From a virus (lineage: Duplodnaviria > Caudoviricetes), in IMG/VR virus record IMGVR_UViG_3300009422_001976, positions 1-25,217 of that record: a stretch of DNA of 25,217 nt; one strand, 5' to 3'. The notes beneath the pieces were generated by a model. It saw only the letters and a list, made by a program, of their open reading frames with translations. It did not search any database and was not told the DNA's origin. Each line of letters opens with the position of its first letter. Positions within the stretch are counted from its first letter, which is position 1. Both the position numbers and the translations under genes were made by a program. Shown here piece after piece: positions 8,540 through 18,065 of the stretch.

Positions 8540-9548
8540 CTATAAAACAGTCGGTCAAGACCAAGATATATTCACTATTGAGGTTAGATTAACATCAAAA
8601 TGTAACTATAATTGTTATTATTGCACTGATCTTCATTACAATAAAGTACCGTTTGTAGTACATAATGTAAAGCATATATGTGAACTTATAAATACAGCAT
8701 ATAAACATTTTAACAAACCAATATACTTGTATATATACGGTGGTGAACCGACAATATACCCATATCTCTTTGATTATATAGATGGTCTTATAGGAGGAGT
8801 AGATTGTGACGTAGAAATTGAAATTGATATACAATCGAATCTATCATTGAAAAATAGTTGGTGGGATAAATTTTGTAAAAAATATTCAGACAAAAATCAC
8901 TATATAAAGGTATGTGGAAGTTACCATAATACGCAAACAAATATATACACGTTTATTAAAAAAGCACTGATATTAAAAAAATATGGCATGCTTAATATGA
9001 TATCTCTTATGTATAACCGTAAAAAAAATGTTATGCCGGATTTTAAATTTGCAACAAAAATACTTGGTGATAAACATTGCGAAATATGTCCTTTAATTGA
9101 TAGTAGAGTTTCACAACCATTAGAAAGTGATATAGCTGAAGTATCATATATCAAAGAAAATGAAGATGTAAATGAATTAAAAAAACATAGTTTCTTTTTT
9201 GATGATACAATAACAGTAGATGATCAAAAAAGATCTAGATTTAGTTTCTGGCTTTCGAATGATAATACCTTTACAGGTTATCTTTGTAATGCTCCTTTAG
9301 ATAGAATCGTTATCGATTGGGATGGTAGTTGTTTTTTTTGTGAGAGCCATTTATTTTCAGACACTAAACCAGTTTTTAATATAAATGAAAAAAATGATTA
9401 TAAATTATATTTTGAGGATATAAAACCAAAAATATGCAAATTTAGTAAATGTTTTTTCAATATAGAAAGTAAGAAAATAAATATAGGAAGAAAGGTTTCT
9501 AAAATATCTAAACTAAATAAAAAAAATAGTATAGAAAGAAAAATATAA
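8532..9548 (+). CDS. Radical SAM enzyme 5 (twitch/SPASM-like C-terminus)
   Basis: CNYNCYYC, YGGEPT, QSN, TFTGYLC...IDWDGSCFFC...CKFSKC. Confidence 0.93.
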   Translation: MHNYKTVGQDQDIFTIEVRLTSKCNYNCYYCTDLHYNKVPFVVHNVKHICELINTAYKHFNKPIYLYIYGGEPTIYPYLFDYIDGLIGGVDCDVEIEIDIQSNLSLKNSWWDKFCKKYSDKNHYIKVCGSYHNTQTNIYTFIKKALILKKYGMLNMISLMYNRKKNVMPDFKFATKILGDKHCEICPLIDSRVSQPLESDIAEVSYIKENEDVNELKKHSFFFDDTITVDDQKRSRFSFWLSNDNTFTGYLCNAPLDRIVIDWDGSCFFCESHLFSDTKPVFNINEKNDYKLYFEDIKPKICKFSKCFFNIESKKINIGRKVSKISKLNKKNSIERKI

Positions 9549-10123
9549 TGAAATTAGATATAGATATATATAAAATAGGTAATAATACTATTTTTTATCG
9601 TAAAGGTAAACTATTTCTTAAATGTAAATTATTACAAGGTAAGTATGATTACAAAAAAGCATATTTTGAAAATTATTATAATCATACAAAAGCTAATTTT
9701 TTACTAAAATATCATTCAATAACTCAGGATTATTTATATTTTGAATTCCCACACAACACAACATGTAAATTTAAATTTTATAGTGAATATGATTTTAGCA
9801 CTTCTATGTCAAAACTTATTAACTTTTTTTATAAAAAAGAAAAGGAATTAAATAAAAATCACCCATACATTTTAAGGGTAAAAGAATTACATGATAAACA
9901 ACAAAAAATTGATAATGATTTAATATTAAAAGAACTTAAAAAACATATAGATTACCCTGAAAATATAAAGTTTTACATTAATGTCGTTACAAATTTAAGG
10001 GTTAATGATCTTATCATTAATCGAAATACTAATCAATTTTTCTTTATAAACTATAATAATTTTGGTATAGATCCTCTCGATATACAACGTATTGAATTTG
10101 ATAATAAAGACGTATGGATATAA
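9548..10123 (+). CDS. Hypothetical protein (possible degenerate kinase-like fold)
   Basis: Translationally coupled on both sides; NLRVNDLII...FFINYNNFG loosely echoes kinase catalytic-loop and DFG motifs. Confidence 0.55.
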   Translation: MKLDIDIYKIGNNTIFYRKGKLFLKCKLLQGKYDYKKAYFENYYNHTKANFLLKYHSITQDYLYFEFPHNTTCKFKFYSEYDFSTSMSKLINFFYKKEKELNKNHPYILRVKELHDKQQKIDNDLILKELKKHIDYPENIKFYINVVTNLRVNDLIINRNTNQFFFINYNNFGIDPLDIQRIEFDNKDVWI

Positions 10124-11058
10124 CGAACAATATAACACATTTCAAACCATGTGGTGGTAATTATGATAAACCACTTGAAATAATATACTACCTTCTAGGT
10201 ACCTGTAACTATAATTGTGATTACTGCGCTTGGAGAGATTTAAAATATAAAGAAAATAGTTTTAAAATACAAAAACAGATACTAGATAATTTGTTTAAAA
10301 TAAGAAAAAAATCAAATTTATTTTTATTTGGTGGTGAACCAACTTTATGTACATATTTTAAAGAGTTAATTGAATATATTTTTAAAAATAAACCAAAATC
10401 AATGACCGTTGAATTGCAAACGCATGGGGAATTAAACCCTATTATTATTGAACAAATTAAAAAATATAATATTAATGTTTCTGTTTCAATACATTACAAT
10501 AATATAAAATCGATAACTAAAGTACTAAAAAATATATTATTGCTAAACAATTATAACATTTTACATAGGATCGATTTTATGTTTGAAGAAAAAAATATAA
10601 AGAAACAAAAAATTTTTTTTAAAATGTTGGAAGATAAAAATCTATTACCCGTTATAACTCCAACGTTTGGTTATATGAATCTACCAGATTTTAAAAAACA
10701 ATATTCAGATGCAAAACTACTATATGATAGTTTTAAAGATTGTATCGAAAAATGTAAAGATATTGAAGATTATGAAATAAGTATTGATAATGGAGATATA
10801 AGTATAAAAGATGCATCGGAATTATATCAAATGAATTTAAATTTTAATGGATGGAAATGCAATGCAGGTAGTAAAATGGTTATTATCGATAATAAAGGCA
10901 ATTTTAACCAATGCACGAGTAGTTATTTTTATGATACCGTAAAACAAAATATTTTTACTAATTATGATAGGTTTATAAAAATGATAACATCAACTAGTTG
11001 TATATGTAAATATACAAAATGTAATTGGGATTTATGGGTTGATAGAGTAAAGCAATAG
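10114..11058 (+). CDS. Radical SAM enzyme 6 (twitch/SPASM-like C-terminus)
   Basis: CNYNCDYC, FGGEPT, NFNGWKCNAG...IDNKGNFNQC...CICKYTKC. Confidence 0.93.
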   Translation: MDITNNITHFKPCGGNYDKPLEIIYYLLGTCNYNCDYCAWRDLKYKENSFKIQKQILDNLFKIRKKSNLFLFGGEPTLCTYFKELIEYIFKNKPKSMTVELQTHGELNPIIIEQIKKYNINVSVSIHYNNIKSITKVLKNILLLNNYNILHRIDFMFEEKNIKKQKIFFKMLEDKNLLPVITPTFGYMNLPDFKKQYSDAKLLYDSFKDCIEKCKDIEDYEISIDNGDISIKDASELYQMNLNFNGWKCNAGSKMVIIDNKGNFNQCTSSYFYDTVKQNIFTNYDRFIKMITSTSCICKYTKCNWDLWVDRVKQ

Positions 11059-11062
11059 TATT

Positions 11063-11845
11063 ATGGTTATTGATATAGAATTGACTGAAAATTGTAGCTT
11101 GCAATGCCCTGGATGTTTTCTCGAAGGTAGATCAAAACGAGAAATGCCTTTAACATTATTGAGACGTATAATTAACAAATATAAACCATCCAAGGTTGTA
11201 TTACGTGGTAAGTGCGGCGACCCTACATATCATACAAAAATTATTGAAATTGTTAAATTTATAAAATTAAAAGACATTTTAATACAAATGGATACAAATG
11301 GTCAACTACCGGTTGTGGTTAAAATTGATAAATATATGAATAAATTAGATGTTATAAATTTTTCAATAGATGGGTTTTACCAGGAAACTTATAAAAAATA
11401 TCGTATAAATGGTAACTTGCAAAGAGCTTTAAAGCATTTAACATTAATGAAAAATTGCACGGCTGTATATAAAACAATTTTATTTGATTATATTACGGGA
11501 GAAGAAAAAAAAGATATACTAACTTTTTGTAAAGAAAATAATATATCAACACTATTTGAAAAGCCGTGGAAGAAAATAAATAAAACGTTTAAAAATGTAA
11601 ATAAATTTAAATGCCGATCCGGTTCAGATGAATTACCTATTTTATTTGATTTAAACGGTTATATATATCCTTGTTGTAATTTATTGCCTAATAAATTTAA
11701 AAATAACGATTATACACCTAAATATACTATAAATAGTAAACTTGTTAAAAGTATTACAAAATTTGATAAAACTAATTGTGACAGCTGTAAGTTAACTTGC
11801 GGTATACATAATAACATACAGAAAAAAGTAAAACAATACCTTTAA
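11063..11845 (+). CDS. Radical SAM enzyme 7 (distinct subfamily, SPASM/twitch-like tail)
   Basis: CSLQCPGC, GKCGDP, DTNG, FSIDG..QETY..YR.NG, NGYIYPCC, CDSCKLTC. Confidence 0.9.
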   Translation: MVIDIELTENCSLQCPGCFLEGRSKREMPLTLLRRIINKYKPSKVVLRGKCGDPTYHTKIIEIVKFIKLKDILIQMDTNGQLPVVVKIDKYMNKLDVINFSIDGFYQETYKKYRINGNLQRALKHLTLMKNCTAVYKTILFDYITGEEKKDILTFCKENNISTLFEKPWKKINKTFKNVNKFKCRSGSDELPILFDLNGYIYPCCNLLPNKFKNNDYTPKYTINSKLVKSITKFDKTNCDSCKLTCGIHNNIQKKVKQYL

Positions 11846-11880
11846 AAAAGTGGGAACACATATATAATTAGTATTAATGT

Positions 11881-12828
11881 ATGATATACCCTAAAGATTA
11901 TAAAATTTTAAAAGCTAACGGTCTTCAAGGTATTCATGATTTTGAAGGTGAAGATTTTTATGAATTTCAATTAAGAATTACAGACTATTGTAATTATGAT
12001 TGCAGTTATTGTCACTGGAAGTATGGTCATCATTATAATTTTGAAGATATTAAAAAAACGATATCTATAGCTTTAAAAAACATTAAACATAAAAATTATA
12101 GAATTTATTTTCATGGTGGTGAACCTACAACACACCCTAAATGCAGAGACATTATTGAATATATTTTTTCTTTTAATAAAAATATAATAGTAGAATTTCA
12201 AACTAATTTATCGGTAGGTGAAAAATATATAAAGTCTTTAATAGATAGATTTAAGCATAATAAATTAGAAATTAATGTATCATACCATGATAAATTTGTA
12301 AAAGATTTTGATGAGTTATTAAAAAAAATAGATATACTACATGAAAATAATGTTTTAGGTAAAATTGATATTATGCTTGAGCATGATAAAACACAAGTAG
12401 ATAACATTATAAAAAATAGTAAAAAACTTTTAAATAAAGATTATTCTAAAAGAGTGGAATTAATACACGGGTTTATTGATTATGATAATTCAACTAATTA
12501 TTATAAAGATTTAATGGAAGAATATAAAGAACATATGTTTCATGAAAATTATGAAGTAACTCATTCTAACGGTGATGTAAAAATATATAATACTAATGAT
12601 TTTTATAGTGAGGGTATATCATTTAAAGGCTGGACATGTTCCGTAGGTAAAAAATATATTATAATAAACGGAGATGGTAATTATTTTATGTGTTGTGCAA
12701 ATACATTAACACTACCTTCTGGTAATTTATTAAAAAATGAAAAAATATTCAATTTTAAAGTTAATAACTATACTAAATGTAAATGGGATTGCTGTAAAGG
12801 TGAATTCTATGTAGAAAAATTTAAATGA
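11881..12828 (+). CDS. Radical SAM enzyme 8 (twitch/SPASM-like C-terminus)
   Basis: CNYDCSYC, HGGEPTTHP, QTN, SFKGWTCSVG...INGDGNYFMCC...CKWDCC. Confidence 0.93.
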   Translation: MIYPKDYKILKANGLQGIHDFEGEDFYEFQLRITDYCNYDCSYCHWKYGHHYNFEDIKKTISIALKNIKHKNYRIYFHGGEPTTHPKCRDIIEYIFSFNKNIIVEFQTNLSVGEKYIKSLIDRFKHNKLEINVSYHDKFVKDFDELLKKIDILHENNVLGKIDIMLEHDKTQVDNIIKNSKKLLNKDYSKRVELIHGFIDYDNSTNYYKDLMEEYKEHMFHENYEVTHSNGDVKIYNTNDFYSEGISFKGWTCSVGKKYIIINGDGNYFMCCANTLTLPSGNLLKNEKIFNFKVNNYTKCKWDCCKGEFYVEKFK

Positions 12829-12882
12829 ATATTATTAAAAATGTGATGCTTGTTTTTTCAAAAAAAAATATTAAATTAATAT

Positions 12883-13482
12883 ATGTCAACTTGTATTGAA
12901 AATATATCCGGTAGTGATCTATCATTACTTCTATTAAAGATGGTAGATAATTTTTTAATTGAATACTTTCCGGAAGAAAAAGGTATTTTAAATATAATTA
13001 AAACGTTTAATTTTTATTTAAAATTAAATGATGCAATGTCAGAAGAACTTGGAAATTATTTAAAAAGAAATATTATTTCAAAATCTTATGAAACATATGA
13101 ACATACTAGATTATTATCACCAGATTGGGTGAAATCATTTATTAAATCAGATGGTAGATATAAATTTACTAAAGAGCAATTTGCGTTTATAAACCACTGG
13201 CATCATGCGACTGTAAATAATATAATTTTAACAAATATAGTTTTTGAAAGTAATATACATTCCTTTGAACCGAGTAAATATTCTAATGATTCATTTAAAA
13301 AATTAGCGTTATTATTTTATTTAGCTCGAAATCATCAAACAGAGGATGTATCTAATAGTGTAATCGACCATGTGTTTAAGTTTTTTAAAGAAAAGGTTAA
13401 AGCTCCAAGATGGAAAGAAAAATTCTTTAATACTACAAAGTTAGAACAAAAAAGAATTAAAGAAGAGCTTACCGATGACTAA
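12883..13482 (+). CDS. Hypothetical protein
   Basis: 199-aa ORF in operon orientation; NHWHH motif; no family recognised. Confidence 0.65.
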   Translation: MSTCIENISGSDLSLLLLKMVDNFLIEYFPEEKGILNIIKTFNFYLKLNDAMSEELGNYLKRNIISKSYETYEHTRLLSPDWVKSFIKSDGRYKFTKEQFAFINHWHHATVNNIILTNIVFESNIHSFEPSKYSNDSFKKLALLFYLARNHQTEDVSNSVIDHVFKFFKEKVKAPRWKEKFFNTTKLEQKRIKEELTDD

Positions 13483-13519
13483 AAAATTAAGTTTCTTTAT
13501 TTAAACAAAAAAAAATAAA

Positions 13520-14212
13520 ATGATTAGTAATGAAATAGTTACTTATTCACGGGATAAAGGGTTGACCCATATACCATCAGCTTTATCAATGTCGACCTAT
13601 GTAGAATTTTTATTTGAAAACAAAATAATAGTACCATATAGAGATAAAATAGTATTAGGTAAACCGTTTGGCTCTCAAACATATTATATATTATGGAAAA
13701 AAATGGGTTTATTGAAAGATATAAATAATCTTTCTGTAGGGGTTAAGCATAATGAAATCGATTTTGTTGATTATGGGGAGGAAACAATGGGTAACGCATT
13801 AGGGGTCGGTTCCGGTATAGCATTATCAAATAAAGGTAAAAGAGTTTGGGTAAATATAACCGACGCGACTTTGCAAATGGGTAGTACCTTAGAAGCTATA
13901 CAATATATCGGTCATAATTGTATTAATAATATTTTATTAACTATTGATAATAACAATTATCAGGTAACAGGTAATACAAATAATGTTTTAACTGTTGAAC
14001 CTGTTATAAAGTTAGCCCAAAATTATAATTGGCATGTAATAACAGTAAATGGTCACTGTAAAAATACTATTTTAAAAAAGCTTAGTAATTTAGATAAAAT
14101 TAAAAAACCTATATTAATTAATTTTTTAACAAAAAAGGGTAAAGGTGTAAAATATATGGAAGATGACCCTGTAAAGTGGCATTATAAAACTATCGATAGT
14201 GATGAGATTTAA
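13520..14212 (+). CDS. Transketolase-like ThDP-binding N-terminal subunit
   Basis: THIPSALS, MGNALGVGSGIAL, TDATLQMG...IDNN (GDG...NN motif altered), VNGH, TKKGKGV..ME...WHY. Confidence 0.85.
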   Translation: MISNEIVTYSRDKGLTHIPSALSMSTYVEFLFENKIIVPYRDKIVLGKPFGSQTYYILWKKMGLLKDINNLSVGVKHNEIDFVDYGEETMGNALGVGSGIALSNKGKRVWVNITDATLQMGSTLEAIQYIGHNCINNILLTIDNNNYQVTGNTNNVLTVEPVIKLAQNYNWHVITVNGHCKNTILKKLSNLDKIKKPILINFLTKKGKGVKYMEDDPVKWHYKTIDSDEI

Positions 14213-15083
14213 TATAGCAGGCGCATTTAGTAAAAGTAAAGAACTAAGATTATATTTTTTTAAACATAAAGATATAATTAAAAATTTTGATATAACGGTT
14301 TATGATGGTATTAATAATTGCCCATGGAATGGTGGTCGTATAAATAGAGATATATCTTATGATGATAAAGTTATAAATTTTTATTACCGTAATAATATTT
14401 CAATTGCACTTACATTTACCAATCCAGTTATTGATATTACCGATAAAATAGGTAATAAATTACTTAAAAAATTTCATAGAGAGGGTAATGTTATAATTAC
14501 TGCAAACGAAACATTACTTAATTATATCAAAGAAAAATATCCCTTATATAAGCATACAAGATCAATTACAAGCTTTGGTAAGATAAACGTTCCAATGACA
14601 GATGATGATTTTAATTTATATAAACAACTTGAAAAACAATATGATTATATTGTACCCAGATGCGAACATATATTTGATAAAAGATTTATAGATTTAGACC
14701 AAAATAAATATGAAATTATGCTTAATGATACATGTATTTATAATTGCCCGTATTACGGTATACATTTTGAAGAAATAGCTAAACAAAATATACTTTATAA
14801 AAATCCGTGGGTCGATGCCGGTAAAAAGAAGATGTATGAAGTAGAAGAGTGTTGGTTATCTGAAAGATCTACATATAAAAAACCGGAAGGATTTGATCCA
14901 GATATTGGTCAAAAAAAGGTTATTGAAAAATTAGGAGATTCTTATGGTATGGATTTAAAAATATCACAAATAAAGCAACTTATGAAACAAGGTGTAAATA
15001 ACTTCAAAATTACTGGTCGTGAAATGACATTTGAAGATTTTTCAAGTGAACTTAATATTTATCTTAAAGACGTTTATAAATAA
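14199..15083 (+). CDS. Peptidase U32-family (Fe-S hydroxylase-like) protein
   Basis: YEIMLNDTCIYNCPYYGIH, EEC, GVNNFKITGRE (compare the U32 KIEGR motif). Confidence 0.7.
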   Translation: MMRFNIAGAFSKSKELRLYFFKHKDIIKNFDITVYDGINNCPWNGGRINRDISYDDKVINFYYRNNISIALTFTNPVIDITDKIGNKLLKKFHREGNVIITANETLLNYIKEKYPLYKHTRSITSFGKINVPMTDDDFNLYKQLEKQYDYIVPRCEHIFDKRFIDLDQNKYEIMLNDTCIYNCPYYGIHFEEIAKQNILYKNPWVDAGKKKMYEVEECWLSERSTYKKPEGFDPDIGQKKVIEKLGDSYGMDLKISQIKQLMKQGVNNFKITGREMTFEDFSSELNIYLKDVYK

Positions 15084-15084
15084 A

Positions 15085-15561
15085 ATGAGAAATACATTAG
15101 ATATATTTTTATCAAAATACAACAACCCAGATCTATATTTTTTACATGCTGATATGTGGAGCTTCGAAAAATTTAAAACTAAATACCCTGAACGATGTTT
15201 AAATTTTGGTATTGGTGAAACTAATATGGTAAACGTTGCTGGAGGGTTAGCTAGTCAAGGTAAAAAGGTAATTATTTACGGGGTAGCAGGTTTTGTTTAC
15301 CAACGTGCTTATGAACAATTAAAATTTAGTGTGGTTAATTTTGGTAAAAATGTAACGTTAGTTAATGCCGGTGCAAACGGTTGTTATAATAGATGTGGTA
15401 TAGGTCATTTACCTGATGATGATTATAAACTAATGAATGCTCTCAATATTAATTGTCATGAACCTACAACACGTTCAGAATTTCTTAACACTTTAACAGA
15501 ATCTATTAAAGATAATAAAACAAATTTTATAAGATTAGGTTGGGATAACTGTAAATGGTAA
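15085..15561 (+). CDS. Transketolase-like pyrimidine-binding subunit, lacking the C-terminal domain
   Basis: LHAD, YPERCLNFGIGETNMVNVAGGLA, RAYEQLK, GH, FIRL. Start reassigned to the ATG at 15085, just after the upstream stop. Confidence 0.87.
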   Translation: MRNTLDIFLSKYNNPDLYFLHADMWSFEKFKTKYPERCLNFGIGETNMVNVAGGLASQGKKVIIYGVAGFVYQRAYEQLKFSVVNFGKNVTLVNAGANGCYNRCGIGHLPDDDYKLMNALNINCHEPTTRSEFLNTLTESIKDNKTNFIRLGWDNCKW

Positions 15562-16607
15562 AAAATTTAGATAATTTAAATATTAATAATGTTAAAGAAG
15601 CCGGTGATAAAGATTATAATTTAATTACGTTTTCATGGAATCTTATTGATATTTGTCAGTATAGGTGCAGTTATTGCAGTGCAATGAATTTTAATCTTAA
15701 CACATTTAAGAAAAAACCTCATTTTATTAAAGCATGGAAAAACACTATTAAATTTTTAAAGTTAATGGTTAAAACTCCATATGCAATTGAAATTCTTGGT
15801 GGTGAACCGACTTTACACCCGGATATTGAAAATATTATCTCAGAAGCAGTTAAGGATAAATATTGTATACAAGTTGATTTAATTACTAATTTAGCAAAAC
15901 CTTACGATTTTTATAAAAAGTTAGATGTTAAAGAAAATAGTAAACTGACTATAGAAGCATCTCATCACCCTGAATATTGTGGAAATAAATATATTCAAAA
16001 AGTTATAGATTTAAATAATAATTTAGAATATATCAGTATATTTTCAAATATAAATCTACCAGATGATCAAAAACATTGGAAGCAAACAAAAGATCTTATT
16101 GATAAATTTAAAAAAAATAATGTGTTTATTAGTCTTAACTTTTTGCAAAGTGTTGGTACCGGCCCGGTAGGGGGTTGGGACCCAAATTATACAAATGATT
16201 TTTGGAAATATTTTCATGATTACATTAACCCGGTGGAGCAGGAAAAATTAAATTACGGTAAAGGTGTAGGTATTAAAAATGCAACATTATATTTAAATGA
16301 ACATGCTAATGAAATAACAACCAATATCAAATATATTGATGATGAAGAAAGACAATATATATTATCAGAAGCTGACATTAATAAATATAAGCTTAATAGA
16401 TTTAAAGGTTGGAGTTGTAAATCATTAATGTACACTATTAATATGGACGGTACTATAAAAAATTCATGTACTAATGAAGTTGTACCTATAACAAAACTTA
16501 ATAAAAAACATCTAACTAAATGTGTTAAATGTCCCCTTACTCAGTGTTCATGTGATACCATGTTTTTATTCTCTAAAACTAATCCTAAATATGACAAAAT
16601 CGATTAA
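15555..16607 (+). CDS. Radical SAM enzyme 9 (close paralogue of enzyme 2)
   Basis: CQYRCSYC, ILGGEPTLHP, RFKGWSC...SC...CVKCPLTQCSCD. Confidence 0.93.
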   Translation: MVKNLDNLNINNVKEAGDKDYNLITFSWNLIDICQYRCSYCSAMNFNLNTFKKKPHFIKAWKNTIKFLKLMVKTPYAIEILGGEPTLHPDIENIISEAVKDKYCIQVDLITNLAKPYDFYKKLDVKENSKLTIEASHHPEYCGNKYIQKVIDLNNNLEYISIFSNINLPDDQKHWKQTKDLIDKFKKNNVFISLNFLQSVGTGPVGGWDPNYTNDFWKYFHDYINPVEQEKLNYGKGVGIKNATLYLNEHANEITTNIKYIDDEERQYILSEADINKYKLNRFKGWSCKSLMYTINMDGTIKNSCTNEVVPITKLNKKHLTKCVKCPLTQCSCDTMFLFSKTNPKYDKID

Positions 16608-17178
16608 TATATTTACAGGAGCTGAAAAGGGGTTTTTAGCAAGTAACTTAAAAAACCAAATAAAAGGTATAAATTATGATTACGGTGATGTTTTATTATA
16701 TAAAGAGTATAATCATATAAATAAAATATTTCATTTTGCTGGGCCAAGTGATGATTTTGATTTTAAAGATAGTAATAGAGTTGTAGATGTAATTATAAAT
16801 GGTACAATTAATATGTTACAACTTGCAAAACAATCGAATGCTAAATTTATTTTTGCCAGTACAAAAGGGGTTGAAGCTCCGAATAACATTTATTGTTACA
16901 GTAAGTTATTAATGGAAAAATATATTCAAGATAATTATGATAATTGGATTATTTTAAGAATACCTAGAGTGTATGATAAAACAAGGAAAAAGGGATTAAT
17001 GAAAAAAATTAGATTAGATTTAATTCCAGAAAAAGATATGAACAATAAAATTTATTTTTTAACTTTAAATAATTTTATTGATAAAACTTTGAGTGTTATA
17101 AATGATAGAAACATCATATATGATTACCATAATCTCGATTGTAAAACAATATCGGATATTAAAAAATTATATACATAA
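16591..17178 (+). CDS. Short NAD-dependent epimerase/dehydratase (extended SDR)
   Basis: TGAEKGFLAS, IFHFAG, GTINML, FIFAST, YCYSK (YxxxK), LRIPRVY. Start reassigned to the ATG at 16591. Confidence 0.85.
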   Translation: MTKSINIFTGAEKGFLASNLKNQIKGINYDYGDVLLYKEYNHINKIFHFAGPSDDFDFKDSNRVVDVIINGTINMLQLAKQSNAKFIFASTKGVEAPNNIYCYSKLLMEKYIQDNYDNWIILRIPRVYDKTRKKGLMKKIRLDLIPEKDMNNKIYFLTLNNFIDKTLSVINDRNIIYDYHNLDCKTISDIKKLYT

Positions 17179-17188
17179 AAATTTAATA

Positions 17189-18031
17189 TCATTTAAAATA
17201 TATTTTTTCGTCGCGGTTCAATGTAAGCTTACCGACATCCATTAAAACCGTATTTGTATTATTATTTAAATATGTATTCATTTCTATAGCAGCTTTCGAA
17301 AAGCCAGAATCTCCGGACCCAATTAAATTAACAGCCATTACTAAATTAATAAAATCAATATCCGTTTCGTTTGAAGATATATTAATATCTATTTTTTTGT
17401 ATTTTTCAATTTTATTAAAAAAATATTTTAAATAGTTTATACAATTATTAACTTTTATTTCCGTTTTTGTAAAGTCATCATTTAATAAATTATATTTTTT
17501 ACTATTAAAAAATCTTGAATATTTTTTAATTTTACACATTTTACGTATTACATCTACGTAACCTTTACCTAGAAAAACAATAGATGTTACGATTTTTATT
17601 GAAGTTATATTTTTATGTTTTTTTAAAAAAGTAATTACTTCATCAGATGAATCAACTATATGGTCACCACATCTTAAATGTACTACAAGTTCATTTTTAT
17701 CACGATAAAAATTTAAATTATTTTCTTTTAAAAAATCATAAATAGAACATTTTAAAGCTTCTTTTTGATTTTTACTTAAATTGGGTCTTTTTTCTATTCC
17801 AAAATTTATGTTTCTACCATTTTCAAGTTTAAGCCCGTTTGCATGTATTTTATTTAAGTATTTAAAAATTAAACTTTTATTATATACAGGGTCGTTTAAA
17901 ATTTTTCTTATTCTATATTTATAATCAAATATTTGATATAATATATCTCCCAAACAATATATTCTATTATGAGGTGATAATATAATATTAAAATTTTTAA
18001 ATTTTATTATATCATACTTAATTTGACTCAT
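17189..18031 (-). CDS. Fucosyltransferase-like (GT11/GT23-type) glycosyltransferase
   Basis: ELVVHLRCGDH (HxRxGD) and DIDFINLVMAVNLIGSGDSGFS. Confidence 0.6.
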   Translation of the reverse strand: MSQIKYDIIKFKNFNIILSPHNRIYCLGDILYQIFDYKYRIRKILNDPVYNKSLIFKYLNKIHANGLKLENGRNINFGIEKRPNLSKNQKEALKCSIYDFLKENNLNFYRDKNELVVHLRCGDHIVDSSDEVITFLKKHKNITSIKIVTSIVFLGKGYVDVIRKMCKIKKYSRFFNSKKYNLLNDDFTKTEIKVNNCINYLKYFFNKIEKYKKIDINISSNETDIDFINLVMAVNLIGSGDSGFSKAAIEMNTYLNNNTNTVLMDVGKLTLNRDEKIYFK

Positions 18032-18036
18032 TCAGT

Positions 18037-18042
18037 TATTTA
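18037..18042 (-). promoter_or_regulatory. TAAATA late-promoter-like motif
   Basis: Minus-strand TAAATA-N5-ATG(18031). Confidence 0.5.
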
Positions 18043-18065
18043 ATTAAATACAATTACTATTAATA

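Noticed and set aside
15075-15082. Perfect T4 late motif TATAAATA
   Set aside because: It overlaps the U32 stop and lies only 2 nt from the next ATG, breaking the N5 spacing seen elsewhere; likely chance in AT-rich DNA.
3005-16607. One of the radical SAM genes being queE, given folE2 and queD nearby
   Set aside because: None shows the QueE pattern (QGEG...F(I/V)RxxGCNLxCxxCDT), and all have extra C-terminal Cys modules that QueE lacks.
3005-16607. Assigning moaA, nrdG, pqqE or viperin symbols
   Set aside because: Only generic CxxxCxxC/GGEP motifs are shared; family-specific motifs and partner genes are missing.
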